Below the pieces are notes generated by a model. It was not told the origin of the DNA. It was given only the letters and a program-made list of their open reading frames with translations, and searched no databases. A stretch of 64,000 nucleotides of DNA from a virus: positions 1 through 64,000 of IMG/VR virus record IMGVR_UViG_3300042520_001767. One strand, given 5' to 3'. A program made the translations under genes and the position numbers. Of this stretch, positions 26,576-37,662 are shown piece by piece; position 1 is the stretch's first letter; every line of letters begins with the position of its first letter.

Positions 26576-29500
26576 TTATACAAAATTTTTAGTTACTATC
26601 TGATTGTAATACTTTTTAGCGTATTCAACTCTTTTAGTATCATATGTTCCATTTAAAACATCATTTAAGTTAAAACCCACTTGACCTAAATTACCACCTT
26701 CATAAGTTTTTGAGAAAATTTTAGCTGCATCTTCAGCACTGGTAACTTTTTTTAATTCCGCTAAAGTATATTTCCAAGTATTTTTTAATTCAGAATTTAA
26801 GAAATTAAGTTGGACTTTATAATCATCAATCGTTGATTTTGATGAATTAGCTAATTCATTTAATTTTTTCAATCTATCACCTCTCCATTGAATCAAACCA
26901 TACGCACCACAACCTCCACCAAGAGAGTTGTAAGCTTGTGGTTTAAAATTAGATTCTCTAAATAAATTACCCATAATACCAGCAACAGCGAAATCATTTA
27001 ATTTAGTTATATTTTTAATTTCAATATATAACTCTTTACTAGGTATTGTATTAGTACCATTTGTTAATAAAGGTGGACAACCAGTTTTTTGGATAGTTTG
27101 ACCATCGAAACCATCACCAGCTCTTTTAATATATTTTTTTTCACAACCAGTATAAACAGCTTCTTTACCATCTAATGTTTTAGGGTTTTTAACTACACTG
27201 TCATAAGATTTGTTATTAGTATCAATCTTCTTACCATAAAAGTTTGGGTTTTTATTTATTAAACACATTGCTGATTTACCATGATATTCCCAATGCCATG
27301 CTTCATCATAACCACTGCTATCTCTAGCCCAACTTGGGTTCATAAATCCAAATCTAAACGAATTATTATATAACCATTCAATCGCTGGGTTTTTACTATA
27401 ATCAAAATTATCTGGTGAACTACCTTCTTTATAATTAAATTTAATTATTTTACCGTTTCTATTTACCCATGACATATCAACAGCTAAACCCCAACCATGA
27501 TATGATGTTCCAGCTGCCGCTGCTGTTTTTTGACCTTTAGCTAAGCTAGATTGTTTTGAATAGTCTCTATATAATGAACTAACATAACCATAATTACCAT
27601 TTGAATCCGTTTTGAATCCTTGGTCTTTCATCCATTTAACCCATTCTTTTAACATAACTGTCAAGGCATCAGCTGCTTCTGATATCATATAACTATCTTT
27701 AACATTATTACCAAAAGGTATTCCAGTAAGGTTAATCTTTTTAGTTGTGATTTGACCATATTTTTTACCAAAATAAATATACGCATTGCTAACACTATTT
27801 TCAATTAAAGTGGTTACAATTGGTTCAAATTCCCCATTAACACCACCACCTACTGTACCAGTTCCAGCTGAACTTAAATCCATTGTTTCTAAAATATCCA
27901 TATAAATATCATATGCTGAAATCAATGGTGTTTCTGGATATCTAATTCTAGTACCAGTAAAATTTGTAAACATACTGTTAGGTTTGATAGAATGTGATAC
28001 TTTTGTTATTAAATAAGCACCATGGAACATTGGTATATTATCTAATTGAAAATACATCATTGGTTGAATCATAGCATTACCCATCATTTCAACTTTTGCT
28101 GTATAACTTCTAACAGCATATACATTATATATGTTTTGTCCTACAATTGCTCTATTATTTTGACTACCTTTTTGTGATATTTCATCTTGGATTTGAATCG
28201 ATTCATCCGTTTCACTAAATTCACTTTGGTCTAAATCAATATCTTTAAATATATTTTGATTTTGTTGACTATATCTAACCATAAAAGTACTAATAGGGTC
28301 TTCATACTCAGCATATTTTTCACTAGTAAAATCTGTTGGTACCGAAACATCAACACCACCGTTCATACATCTTAAATCAAATCCATCATTAGGATAATTA
28401 CCATCTTTTAAATCTAAATGTTTTGAAGCTTGACCATCATAAACACAAACAAAAGCTGGTCCACAAGAGCCATCTTTAATTAAACCATCACTGTAATTGT
28501 ATGGTTTGAAAATTGCTTCTAAATTTTTATCATCGTTAAAATTTATAAAATTAGGTAACGCTTGAAAGTTGAAATTATTTGAAGCTAAAATAGATGAAAT
28601 ACTCTCATAAGCTGAACTATTAGGGTTCCCTATTAAGGTATTATTTATCGGTATTGGATTTATATATAGTTCATTACCAATATCTCTAAAATTCCTAGTT
28701 ACAAATCTAAAACTATCAATCATTCTAGTTTTACTGTTTTCATATTTTTTAGCTAATGCGTTATCAACACTACTCCTAGTACCACCACATTGAAACACTA
28801 AATTATCAACATTTTTAGCACCACCCAACCATTTATCATAAATATTTTTACAATTTCTATATAATTGAAGTCTGATAATATCTTTATTAGATGTACCGAA
28901 TGCAGCTATATCTAAATTTTCATTTTGTTTAGAAATATTATATTCATCAGTCTTACCACTTAAAACATTCATTACAGATTTAAAATAAATATCAAATTTA
29001 CTCTCATCAACAATAATTGGTTCTCTTTGTGAAGTTGTTGATACTTCTTTCCAAATTTTATAATTATTATTTATTATAAAAACTTCGTCAATCATTATAT
29101 CAATTAAAGTTGTGACAACATCATTCGTACCATAACCATCTTTTAATTCTAAATGAAGATAAAAATCACGAATAAATGCGTATTTTGGTAATTCAATCAT
29201 AGAATAATATTTTAAAATATTATCTTTTCTAGTTTTATAATCTTTACCATTTAAGTTACCACTTATCATTGCACTATTTTTTGGTGGGTTAAAACTAGTT
29301 AATCCTACTCTAATCTCTTTAATATAATCGTTAAAATCTTTACCAGATGTCTTATAACTAGTATCGAAAATTTCTAATTTATCAGATAGATTTAACCAAC
29401 TTTTAGTGTTATCCTTATCACCATTAACAAAATCAAAAAATATTTTTTTAAACTCATTTTTTACTTGTTCTGGTAAAGTTAACATTATATCACTATCCTT

Positions 29501-32500
29501 CATATCTGGATAATCGAAATATGATAAATCACGAGTGTAATTTAAAAATGTTGGAAAATGTTTTTCAAATCTATCAGGAATATCAAATAAAAAATATTTT
29601 GATTTATTTATATCACCATTGCTATAATCAACACTCCAAACTATTGGGTCATTAACCCCACTACCACCATCAATTAGTTTACCATCCTCTATTATTGGGT
29701 CACTTTTATCTAATCTCCATAACATACTTCCAATATACGCACACCAAATTCTAGGTGCATGTATTATACCAGCTTTTTTATCAAATAAGTGTTTTATCTG
29801 ATAATTACCAAATGGGTCAGATGTTAGTTGATTTGTATTAAAAGGTAAAGATTGTAAAAATAAAAAAGCTCTTGAATAATCAGCACATGAAATTTTATAT
29901 TTACCTTGTTTATATATTATTTCAGCATAACTTTGTTGGTAATAAAATTCACTACCAAAAAGACTAAAACTGTTGTCATCATAAGTTTCTCTAGTACCAT
30001 CACTATTTTTTGAAGCGAATTTTAAGTCAATATAAGGGTAAGAGATATTAGAACTACCACCATTTAATAATCTTTTTGATAAAATTCTATTTAAACCTAG
30101 ATTTTTATGTAATTTATTACCGTTTGGATTATCAGTATAATTAAATAATTTATCACCTGTAGTTAAGTAGCCATTTTCATTGATTTTACTTATTAAGTTT
30201 GTTGCTATTCCACTAACTTTACTAGTATTAGCTAAACCAGTATCGCAATTTCTGTAGAAAACATACATAAGTGGTAAACCATCTAAAGTTTCATCACCCC
30301 AATCCATATCTTTAAATTCTTGAATACCATAATTAGGATTGAAAGAATTATAACCAGCTGTACTATCTACATTTAGTTGTGATAATAATTTTAAATTCAT
30401 TTTAGTTTCAGTTGGAACACCTTCTGGTATTGTTGATAATGTGATTGGTGTTGGTAACGAATCTAAAATTTTAATATTAATACCACCATCATCTAATTTA
30501 GTAAAACCTTTTGCACTACTATAATTTGTTAAGAAAAAATTCTCTTGATTATCTCTTTCGTTAACTAAATCATCTTTAATTTTTGGGATAGTTGGGTCAC
30601 CCCAAGTACCTTTATTAAATTTTTGATTTAATGGTAGAACTTTAAAATCGTCTTCATTGTTAGTGTTATAAATGTAATTATAAAATAAACCTTTACCTTT
30701 TTTTGATTTTTCAACTACTTTAATATTATCTTTACCGTTAACACTACCAGTTATGTTTTTAATGAATTCTAAATTAATTTGTGTTAAAGATTGTCTAATA
30801 ACAGGGTCTTTAACAGCTCTTAACATATTATTAACTTCAGACGCACCCATACCTATGATTTCTTCATCTGTTAAAATAGATGGGTCGTTTGAGTAACCTA
30901 GAAATATCATTGCTCTAATAACCATAAGTCTTAAAACATCTGGTAGGGTTGTTAAGTCACCAGCTCTTTCGTATGGTTCTATTTGAGAAAAAATAGCTGT
31001 ATCATATGGGCTAACTGGATTCCAAGTAGTCTCATTTTTTTCTTGTGCTTCTACAGCTTCTTGTTCTAATTTTGTAGCCTTTCTAAAAGCTTGTACTAAA
31101 TCGTCAATAAAAACTAATTCATCAACTTTTTCTGGAAATTCCAAAACATCTGAAGCACCTAAATATTTATCAACATATGAATTTTTTACAGTATCTTTTT
31201 CTCTATAATCTGGCCATGGAAAAAATTCTTGGTTTTTTATTAACTCTGTTAACATATCTGAGTTTTTACCACCCTCTTCATCATCTTTGAATTTCTTACT
31301 TAATTCTTCTTTTCTACTGTCGCTTTTTGATGCTGATTCTGAGACAATAAATATTGTTTCAATAAATGTTTCAATAGCGGCAGTATAACATTCTATAATT
31401 GTTCTAGTTGTTGGTTCGAAACCGATTATATCTCTAACTTCTTCTTGGAAAGCTTTAGCTAATTTAACTTTAGAATCTTTTTCACTAACTTCTAACGATT
31501 TTCTAAATTTACCTATAATATCAAATAATGGAGTCATATCAAAGATGTTAAGACTAGCTTTTAATCCTATATCTGTTGTTGCATTATTACTAGCAATGTG
31601 TTTAACTAATCTTTGTTTTAATTCGTCTATATTACTTGGGTTACCTAATTTTAAATTTAAATTAGAATCATTTGTTGTTGATTTTAATTCTTCTAATGTA
31701 ACATTTTTATATAATTTTCCACCATTTAAATTGGTAGATATTTCTATGTTTAAAAAGTCACTTTCATTTAATTTATTTACTTCATTTAGTTTATTAAATT
31801 TAATAATAGATTCTTTAACACTAGATTTATATTGATTTTCTAATGCGTTTTTTTGTGTTTCAGTATATTGTTCATTATTATTGTTATTATAAATTATAAA
31901 TTTATATTCATCTTTTTCTTTATTTAAATCAAAGTTTTGACCTAATTGGTTTATTTGACTTAAAATTTTATCTAATTCATCTGTTGATTCCTTAACAGCA
32001 GAAATTACTTTTGAAGCTGGATTTTCATTTACTTCTTTCTTTAAACCTTCGTTTAATTTACTAATAGCTAAAGATAATTCTGAAAGTTTTAATACTTTAT
32101 TCCCATTCGTAAACGTCTCGTTATATTTATTAAATTGTTCACCACCTATTCTAGTGAAAGGTATAGCTTTCAAATAACCTAGTAACATATCTGACATCAA
32201 AGCATATGTATAACCAATGAAGTTAGCTGTTAATTCAAAATTACCAGTCTTAGAATTAAACTTAGAATTGAACTTTAACATATGTAAACAATATTTTACT
32301 GGCATACCATAATAACCCTTTATTTCTAATTCAAACATAGGGTATGGTAACTGGAAAAATGTTGTATATTTATTTCCTTTGTTGTTTATTATATTTTCTT
32401 CATTTTGGAAAATAGCACTACCTCTAACATCAACAAAATTTATAGTAATCATTGGTGCCATTGAAGCATTGAACTCAATATCGATATTTGTTATACCTAG

Positions 32501-32815
32501 AGTTTCATCATTGGTAATATCACTTTCGAATCTAGTTGTTAAATCAGTATAACTTGTTGTTAAAACTTTTTTACCACCTAATTCAGAACCTTCTAAGAAA
32601 TTAACACTTATTTGTGAAACATTATCTTTATTTCCACCTTCTACTTCACCAGTTAATAACGTTCTACCTTTTCTAAATGCGGTTAATTTTACAGATATAT
32701 TTAAGTCTTCTAATTGAACTGGAACGTTGTCAGATGATTTAAAACCATCAAAATCGTTTGGGTCAACTATTTTTGCTCTACCAGCACTGCAACCTATTGT
32801 ATTTTTATTCTCCAT
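26576..32815 (-). CDS. Giant baseplate hub / tail-associated lysin, 2079 aa, with C-terminal M15 (VanY-like) Zn peptidase and phage-tail-lysozyme-type domain
   Basis: SLYRDY...SYHGWGLAVD...DEAWHWEY (M15 SxHxxGxAxD and ExWH motifs). AGIMGNLFRESNFKP...GAYGLIQWRGDR (Phage_lysozyme2-like). A late-control/hub-like segment YTAKVEMMGNAMIQPMMYF...GAYLITKVSHSI. Confidence 0.75.
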   Translation of the reverse strand: MENKNTIGCSAGRAKIVDPNDFDGFKSSDNVPVQLEDLNISVKLTAFRKGRTLLTGEVEGGNKDNVSQISVNFLEGSELGGKKVLTTSYTDLTTRFESDITNDETLGITNIDIEFNASMAPMITINFVDVRGSAIFQNEENIINNKGNKYTTFFQLPYPMFELEIKGYYGMPVKYCLHMLKFNSKFNSKTGNFELTANFIGYTYALMSDMLLGYLKAIPFTRIGGEQFNKYNETFTNGNKVLKLSELSLAISKLNEGLKKEVNENPASKVISAVKESTDELDKILSQINQLGQNFDLNKEKDEYKFIIYNNNNNEQYTETQKNALENQYKSSVKESIIKFNKLNEVNKLNESDFLNIEISTNLNGGKLYKNVTLEELKSTTNDSNLNLKLGNPSNIDELKQRLVKHIASNNATTDIGLKASLNIFDMTPLFDIIGKFRKSLEVSEKDSKVKLAKAFQEEVRDIIGFEPTTRTIIECYTAAIETFIETIFIVSESASKSDSRKEELSKKFKDDEEGGKNSDMLTELIKNQEFFPWPDYREKDTVKNSYVDKYLGASDVLEFPEKVDELVFIDDLVQAFRKATKLEQEAVEAQEKNETTWNPVSPYDTAIFSQIEPYERAGDLTTLPDVLRLMVIRAMIFLGYSNDPSILTDEEIIGMGASEVNNMLRAVKDPVIRQSLTQINLEFIKNITGSVNGKDNIKVVEKSKKGKGLFYNYIYNTNNEDDFKVLPLNQKFNKGTWGDPTIPKIKDDLVNERDNQENFFLTNYSSAKGFTKLDDGGINIKILDSLPTPITLSTIPEGVPTETKMNLKLLSQLNVDSTAGYNSFNPNYGIQEFKDMDWGDETLDGLPLMYVFYRNCDTGLANTSKVSGIATNLISKINENGYLTTGDKLFNYTDNPNGNKLHKNLGLNRILSKRLLNGGSSNISYPYIDLKFASKNSDGTRETYDDNSFSLFGSEFYYQQSYAEIIYKQGKYKISCADYSRAFLFLQSLPFNTNQLTSDPFGNYQIKHLFDKKAGIIHAPRIWCAYIGSMLWRLDKSDPIIEDGKLIDGGSGVNDPIVWSVDYSNGDINKSKYFLFDIPDRFEKHFPTFLNYTRDLSYFDYPDMKDSDIMLTLPEQVKNEFKKIFFDFVNGDKDNTKSWLNLSDKLEIFDTSYKTSGKDFNDYIKEIRVGLTSFNPPKNSAMISGNLNGKDYKTRKDNILKYYSMIELPKYAFIRDFYLHLELKDGYGTNDVVTTLIDIMIDEVFIINNNYKIWKEVSTTSQREPIIVDESKFDIYFKSVMNVLSGKTDEYNISKQNENLDIAAFGTSNKDIIRLQLYRNCKNIYDKWLGGAKNVDNLVFQCGGTRSSVDNALAKKYENSKTRMIDSFRFVTRNFRDIGNELYINPIPINNTLIGNPNSSAYESISSILASNNFNFQALPNFINFNDDKNLEAIFKPYNYSDGLIKDGSCGPAFVCVYDGQASKHLDLKDGNYPNDGFDLRCMNGGVDVSVPTDFTSEKYAEYEDPISTFMVRYSQQNQNIFKDIDLDQSEFSETDESIQIQDEISQKGSQNNRAIVGQNIYNVYAVRSYTAKVEMMGNAMIQPMMYFQLDNIPMFHGAYLITKVSHSIKPNSMFTNFTGTRIRYPETPLISAYDIYMDILETMDLSSAGTGTVGGGVNGEFEPIVTTLIENSVSNAYIYFGKKYGQITTKKINLTGIPFGNNVKDSYMISEAADALTVMLKEWVKWMKDQGFKTDSNGNYGYVSSLYRDYSKQSSLAKGQKTAAAAGTSYHGWGLAVDMSWVNRNGKIIKFNYKEGSSPDNFDYSKNPAIEWLYNNSFRFGFMNPSWARDSSGYDEAWHWEYHGKSAMCLINKNPNFYGKKIDTNNKSYDSVVKNPKTLDGKEAVYTGCEKKYIKRAGDGFDGQTIQKTGCPPLLTNGTNTIPSKELYIEIKNITKLNDFAVAGIMGNLFRESNFKPQAYNSLGGGCGAYGLIQWRGDRLKKLNELANSSKSTIDDYKVQLNFLNSELKNTWKYTLAELKKVTSAEDAAKIFSKTYEGGNLGQVGFNLNDVLNGTYDTKRVEYAKKYYNQIVTKNFV

Positions 32816-33125
32816 ATAATGCTTTATGATTTCTTATTTGTATCATATATCGTTCAACCGCATTTTCAAATGGATACGGAATTCTGATTAATGTCATATC
32901 TGGTATGTTAAATTCTAAACCACCAAATTGTGGATTTGCGGCCATAATTAACCACCCACTCCATGCGTTATTATAATACATGTTACTTATTTTGTCAAGT
33001 CTACCAACACCTTGTTTGTAAACATAACTCAAATCTGATGAAGATTCTGGTATTGTTATTCCTGGTAATGGTTTCATTTCAGCATTAATTCTAAATTGTG
33101 AGTATCTATCTACATATCCCGCCAT
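32805..33125 (-). CDS. Small LysM-like / tail X-like baseplate protein, 106 aa
   Basis: YVYKQGVGRLDKISNMYYNNAWSGWLIMAANP...IRIP pattern. Confidence 0.7.
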   Translation of the reverse strand: MAGYVDRYSQFRINAEMKPLPGITIPESSSDLSYVYKQGVGRLDKISNMYYNNAWSGWLIMAANPQFGGLEFNIPDMTLIRIPYPFENAVERYMIQIRNHKALYGE

Positions 33126-33137
33126 ATTCTTTTATTT

Positions 33138-36100
33138 TTAATAGTTTTTTTCATAATTACCATCAGCACTAATAATAACTGGTACTGATTGTATCTTTTC
33201 ATTATTATAGAAAACACTTAAAGTATAATTACCGTATTCAGGTAATTCAATAACAAATGTTCCCATCTCTGGTATTTCACCTAAAGCATATGCATAAGTA
33301 AATAAACGCCATGGGTCTTTTCTTTCAATACCATCTAATTTTACAATCTCTTCATATCTAGAACTATTTGATGGTGTTGGTGAACGTTCTATAGATAATT
33401 TTACCCCTTTTGTTAATAGTTTTTTTAATTCTTCATCAGTAATTAATTTAACATCATCTTTGTTAATTATATTTTCACTTTTAAGAGTTATATTAACAAT
33501 TTTTTTTGTTTTTGATTCAGAAATACTAAGAATATCTACATTTTTAAACCCAATTATTTTAGGTTCAGATGAAGAACTAATTGGAGTTTCTTGTACACTA
33601 GCTGGTTGTTCATTAGCTTTTACTTGGTCTATTTCACGCTCATTATTTTTAGCTTGGTCTGTTTCAAATGTTTCGATTATAGGGTCTTCTTTTGTTGATA
33701 TAACACCGTTATTTAAATACATACCAGTACTTGAGTCTGGAGTATTAGAAGTTGGTTTTTTATCTGAAATAAAATCAGCTCTAGCTTCATAAACACCTGT
33801 ATTAGCGTAATAATTAAATGATAACGCATTTTGTAATTTATTAATAGGTCCATATAATGATTCACCACCAATAAACTTGAAAGATAAGCTTACATTTGCA
33901 ATCATAGGTTGTACCCCGATACCTTCTGGGTTTAAATCCCAAACCAACGGTTCATAATCTATATTTAAACTATCAATAATAATTTTAGTATTAAAAAAAT
34001 CACCAACTCTTAATATACAAATTGGTGCCCTACCAAACGCTAAATTATTTGTTGTTTGTGTATCTGTAGGTCCTTGTCTAGTACATTGTTGTAAAAATGT
34101 TAATCTAGAATTTAAACCTTCTGGCGTTGTTGAATGGAAACTTGGATGGAAATATTTTATTTTATCTCTAAATCTATCAAAAATGAATTTATCTGTTTTT
34201 TTAAGTTTATCAAAAAACATAGTTTCATTATAAAATTTTTGAGTTATTTTTGTTGTTATATCCTTTTTATCCATTTCATATGTTGGTGGTGGTTCAGAAA
34301 ATTCTTCCAAAGCAGCACTTGCATCATATCTGAAGTGAATCTTAACTTTTCTATCTAATTTACAACCTAAAGTATCAGTTGGACAAAGAGTATTTCTATC
34401 TTTTTCTTTTACGTTTTTAGGACAAACTTTACATTTAGAATCCTTTTCTTTAACTGGTTCACTTTTCATTTTTTTGATTCTACTTTTTGCTTGCTCTGGT
34501 GTCCAACCAATAAAATTAGCCCATTCTGTTCTTAAATTTTCTACTACTCTATCAGCTCTTTCATTGGCTAATTGTATATTACATTCTTCTCTACCTTGTG
34601 GACTAGCATAACCTGTAACCTCAATAACACAATGTGGACATTTCTGGTTAATATATTCACTAATTAATATAATAGCTTGAGGTGAATAAAAACCTTTAAA
34701 GAATGAATCACCTACTGTTGTTATAGGTGCAGCACCAGTACCACCACTATAACTAAAATTTAAACCATAATTATGATTATCTGGCCACTCTCTATGTATA
34801 CCATTATTATTAACACATTCCGTTTTATATGTAAAGTTACTTGGGTATGACTTCAAACCATAACTATCACCACTATAACTTGGTGAATTATATACTTCAT
34901 AATCAATATATTCATCAAAATTAGGGTTTCCAGATGTCGAACCGCTAACACCGCATTCATATAATGCTGGTGTTTCAGCTTGGTCATTAGGGAAAAAAAC
35001 AAACATATCACCAGGAGGTATTTCCTCTGGAGGTGCCACTTTTTCTTGTGGTTTTTCAGTAATTGTTGTTATAGTTTTTGTTATTTGTGATGTTGTGAAT
35101 TTATCAGTCCAAATACTATCTGGTTCAATACATCCAGCCATAAATGAAGCAACATAATGGTCGTCTGGTCCAGTTTCACCTCTAAATGTATTTGTGTAAG
35201 TTGAATGGTCTACAATAATTTTAAACGATAATTGACCAGCTCTTTCAGTATTATTATAAGTATACATATTTTCACCTCTACCAATGAATTTATGTGATTC
35301 CCAATCAACACTAGTTGATTCACTGAATTGAATATCATATGGAGGAAACCACATAATTCTACCTTGTTTACCAGTTATTGGGTCGCCTGGACCTAATTCA
35401 CCTTTAGGTAGCATTTCTTTTCTATCAAACCAAGCTAAGTTTTCAATAGAAAGCATGTAATTTTTAACATTTCTTGGTACATCTTTATTTAAGAAATCAT
35501 TTGTATATGGTGCTATATGTACAAAACCAGTATCTTCTAATACTGAATTTTCAGTATTGAATCTAAATGGTAATTTTCCACTATCTTTTGTGTATAAACT
35601 ATCATTTCTAACTAATTTAGAGATAGAATCGTATCTACCGATTGTTGTCCAACTTCTACAATATGTTTCGTCAGCTGTTTTTGCTATTTTATTCCATTCC
35701 CCAGGTGAACTTTTTTCACCAGTTTGTGGGTTTGTATAACCAAACATATCTGCGGACATAACAGCATTACCTTTAGAAAACCCTTTACCATTTGCTTGTG
35801 TAATTTGTGATGAATTTTTATTCATATCACCTTTTGCTGTTACAATATTTAACATACCGACACTATTAAAAAGTTTTTGTGTTTTTACTAATAAACTCTT
35901 TCTATTACCAGTTATATCAGAATAGTCATTATTAGAATTAACTTTACCACCACTACCACCATCATAACTACCCCAAGAAAATGCAACATCACTTATTAAT
36001 CTATCATCATAACCCTTATTACTAAAATGACCAACAAATTCTAATTGTGTTGGGTCTTTAAAACCATAACCATCTCTTCCAGTTACTTGTTCTTCTCTTA

Positions 36101-37436
36101 AATAACTTAAATCAGAAATTACACCATCACTTTTACTAAATAGGTTAATTATTGAATCACCAGTAGTTGAAAAAGCATATAATTTAGTATTACTAATTAT
36201 ATCATTACCTTTATTATTTTTAAATGCTGGTGCATAACCACTTCTAAAGTGATTTAAGCTATTATTAGGGTTATCAGTACCACTTGGGTCAGTTCCATTG
36301 ATATTTGCGTTTATATTAGCTAATAACGCTTGTATTTGACCATTACCTGTTGTTTTTAATAAAGCATTAGCTCTTTCTATGTTACCTACTTCACCACTTT
36401 CAGATTGGAATATTGAACCAGCTTGAGTCATATAGCTTCTAGGTACAGTAAAACCTAAAACCTTACTAGTATAATCAGCTATCCGACCAAGACCGCTTTC
36501 TGGAATTGTAATATTATAATTAGGTCTCGGAAACCCAGCAAATCCTTGACCCTTAACAAGACTTAATATATTATCTTGAATATTTAATGAACCTAATATA
36601 TCTTGTTGTAGATTAAATGCTGCATTATTAGCTAATGCTAACGCTAATTGTTGTCCACCAATTTGACCTAATTTAGTATCTTTTAATAAACCAGTAGCAC
36701 CTAATACTCTACCAGCTAACGAGGCTTTTAAATCAAAGTTAGGTACAACACCACCTTTAGATAAACCTAAACCTTGACCATTAGTTATACTACCAATTAT
36801 ATTAGCGGTTTGAGAAATATTATTATCACCTAAATTTAAACTACCATAAGTATCTAAATAACCTTTAATTTGTTGAGTAGAATCAACTGGTTGTAAATTA
36901 ATAAAATCAGCTATATCTATTTGTTTATCAACGTCTAAATATAAATTTTTAGCTGTATTATTATTTTTAAATTTAGCATTAACTGTTTTACCAAAAATAC
37001 CATATTTTTTAACTTCATCGTTAGCACCAGTAGGGTATCTTTGAATACCATTAGGCCATTCAGCATTACCAAATGAAAATAATCCATTTTGTGATACATA
37101 AGGGATATTTTGTATATAATTGATAGAAACTAAATCATTAGCTGTTGTTTCAACGTTTTTAAAGGTATTAGGTAGTATATTTTGTTCTTTCCATAAAACA
37201 CCTTCAGTTTCTAAAGGTAATCCAATAGGGAGTAAATTAGACCCATTACCAACCATAGTATCTAATACTGGTTGACCAATTTTAGGACTAGGTAACATAC
37301 CTAACTTTTGAGGGTATTGAGGTGATAAATTTTTCAATAATAAAAAGTCACGTATATTTGGTAACGTAGACATAATACTGTTGATAGAATTCTTAGAATT
37401 TTTATTTGGTGACCCTTGATTATAGTATAATGACAT
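33138..37436 (-). CDS. Baseplate / tail-tube-initiator-like protein, 1432 aa, with an internal OmpA-like domain
   Basis: FPPYDIQFSESTSVDW...IGRGENMYTYNNTERAGQLSF and FGRAPICILRVGDFF...SLNIDY...VSLSF segments flank FFPND...IEVTGYASPQG...NIQLANERADRV...LDRKV. Confidence 0.6.
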   Translation of the reverse strand: MSLYYNQGSPNKNSKNSINSIMSTLPNIRDFLLLKNLSPQYPQKLGMLPSPKIGQPVLDTMVGNGSNLLPIGLPLETEGVLWKEQNILPNTFKNVETTANDLVSINYIQNIPYVSQNGLFSFGNAEWPNGIQRYPTGANDEVKKYGIFGKTVNAKFKNNNTAKNLYLDVDKQIDIADFINLQPVDSTQQIKGYLDTYGSLNLGDNNISQTANIIGSITNGQGLGLSKGGVVPNFDLKASLAGRVLGATGLLKDTKLGQIGGQQLALALANNAAFNLQQDILGSLNIQDNILSLVKGQGFAGFPRPNYNITIPESGLGRIADYTSKVLGFTVPRSYMTQAGSIFQSESGEVGNIERANALLKTTGNGQIQALLANINANINGTDPSGTDNPNNSLNHFRSGYAPAFKNNKGNDIISNTKLYAFSTTGDSIINLFSKSDGVISDLSYLREEQVTGRDGYGFKDPTQLEFVGHFSNKGYDDRLISDVAFSWGSYDGGSGGKVNSNNDYSDITGNRKSLLVKTQKLFNSVGMLNIVTAKGDMNKNSSQITQANGKGFSKGNAVMSADMFGYTNPQTGEKSSPGEWNKIAKTADETYCRSWTTIGRYDSISKLVRNDSLYTKDSGKLPFRFNTENSVLEDTGFVHIAPYTNDFLNKDVPRNVKNYMLSIENLAWFDRKEMLPKGELGPGDPITGKQGRIMWFPPYDIQFSESTSVDWESHKFIGRGENMYTYNNTERAGQLSFKIIVDHSTYTNTFRGETGPDDHYVASFMAGCIEPDSIWTDKFTTSQITKTITTITEKPQEKVAPPEEIPPGDMFVFFPNDQAETPALYECGVSGSTSGNPNFDEYIDYEVYNSPSYSGDSYGLKSYPSNFTYKTECVNNNGIHREWPDNHNYGLNFSYSGGTGAAPITTVGDSFFKGFYSPQAIILISEYINQKCPHCVIEVTGYASPQGREECNIQLANERADRVVENLRTEWANFIGWTPEQAKSRIKKMKSEPVKEKDSKCKVCPKNVKEKDRNTLCPTDTLGCKLDRKVKIHFRYDASAALEEFSEPPPTYEMDKKDITTKITQKFYNETMFFDKLKKTDKFIFDRFRDKIKYFHPSFHSTTPEGLNSRLTFLQQCTRQGPTDTQTTNNLAFGRAPICILRVGDFFNTKIIIDSLNIDYEPLVWDLNPEGIGVQPMIANVSLSFKFIGGESLYGPINKLQNALSFNYYANTGVYEARADFISDKKPTSNTPDSSTGMYLNNGVISTKEDPIIETFETDQAKNNEREIDQVKANEQPASVQETPISSSSEPKIIGFKNVDILSISESKTKKIVNITLKSENIINKDDVKLITDEELKKLLTKGVKLSIERSPTPSNSSRYEEIVKLDGIERKDPWRLFTYAYALGEIPEMGTFVIELPEYGNYTLSVFYNNEKIQSVPVIISADGNYEKNY

Positions 37437-37454
37437 AATTATAATAATTTATAT

Positions 37455-37462
37455 ATAAATAC
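37455..37462 (-). promoter_or_regulatory. Putative late-promoter motif (GTATTTAT)
   Basis: One-mismatch variant of the recurrent motif, 18 nt upstream of the 1432-aa gene. Confidence 0.4.
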
Positions 37463-37590
37463 TATAGTAGTAAACTTTTTATCAAAATAAATGATTTGTT
37501 TGAACTATATAAATAAAAAAAAGGTCCCTATATATGGAACCTAAATTTATTTTTTGTATATTTACATTTATTAAAAATAATAAATTATTA

Positions 37591-37662
37591 TTATTATATT
37601 ATTATATTATTATATTATTATATTATTATATTATTATATTATTATATTATTATATTATTATA
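37591..37662. repeat. Perfect tandem repeat (TTATTATA)x9
   Basis: Nine exact 8-nt units counted from the sequence, with partial units on each side, in a 320-nt intergenic region. Confidence 0.95.
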
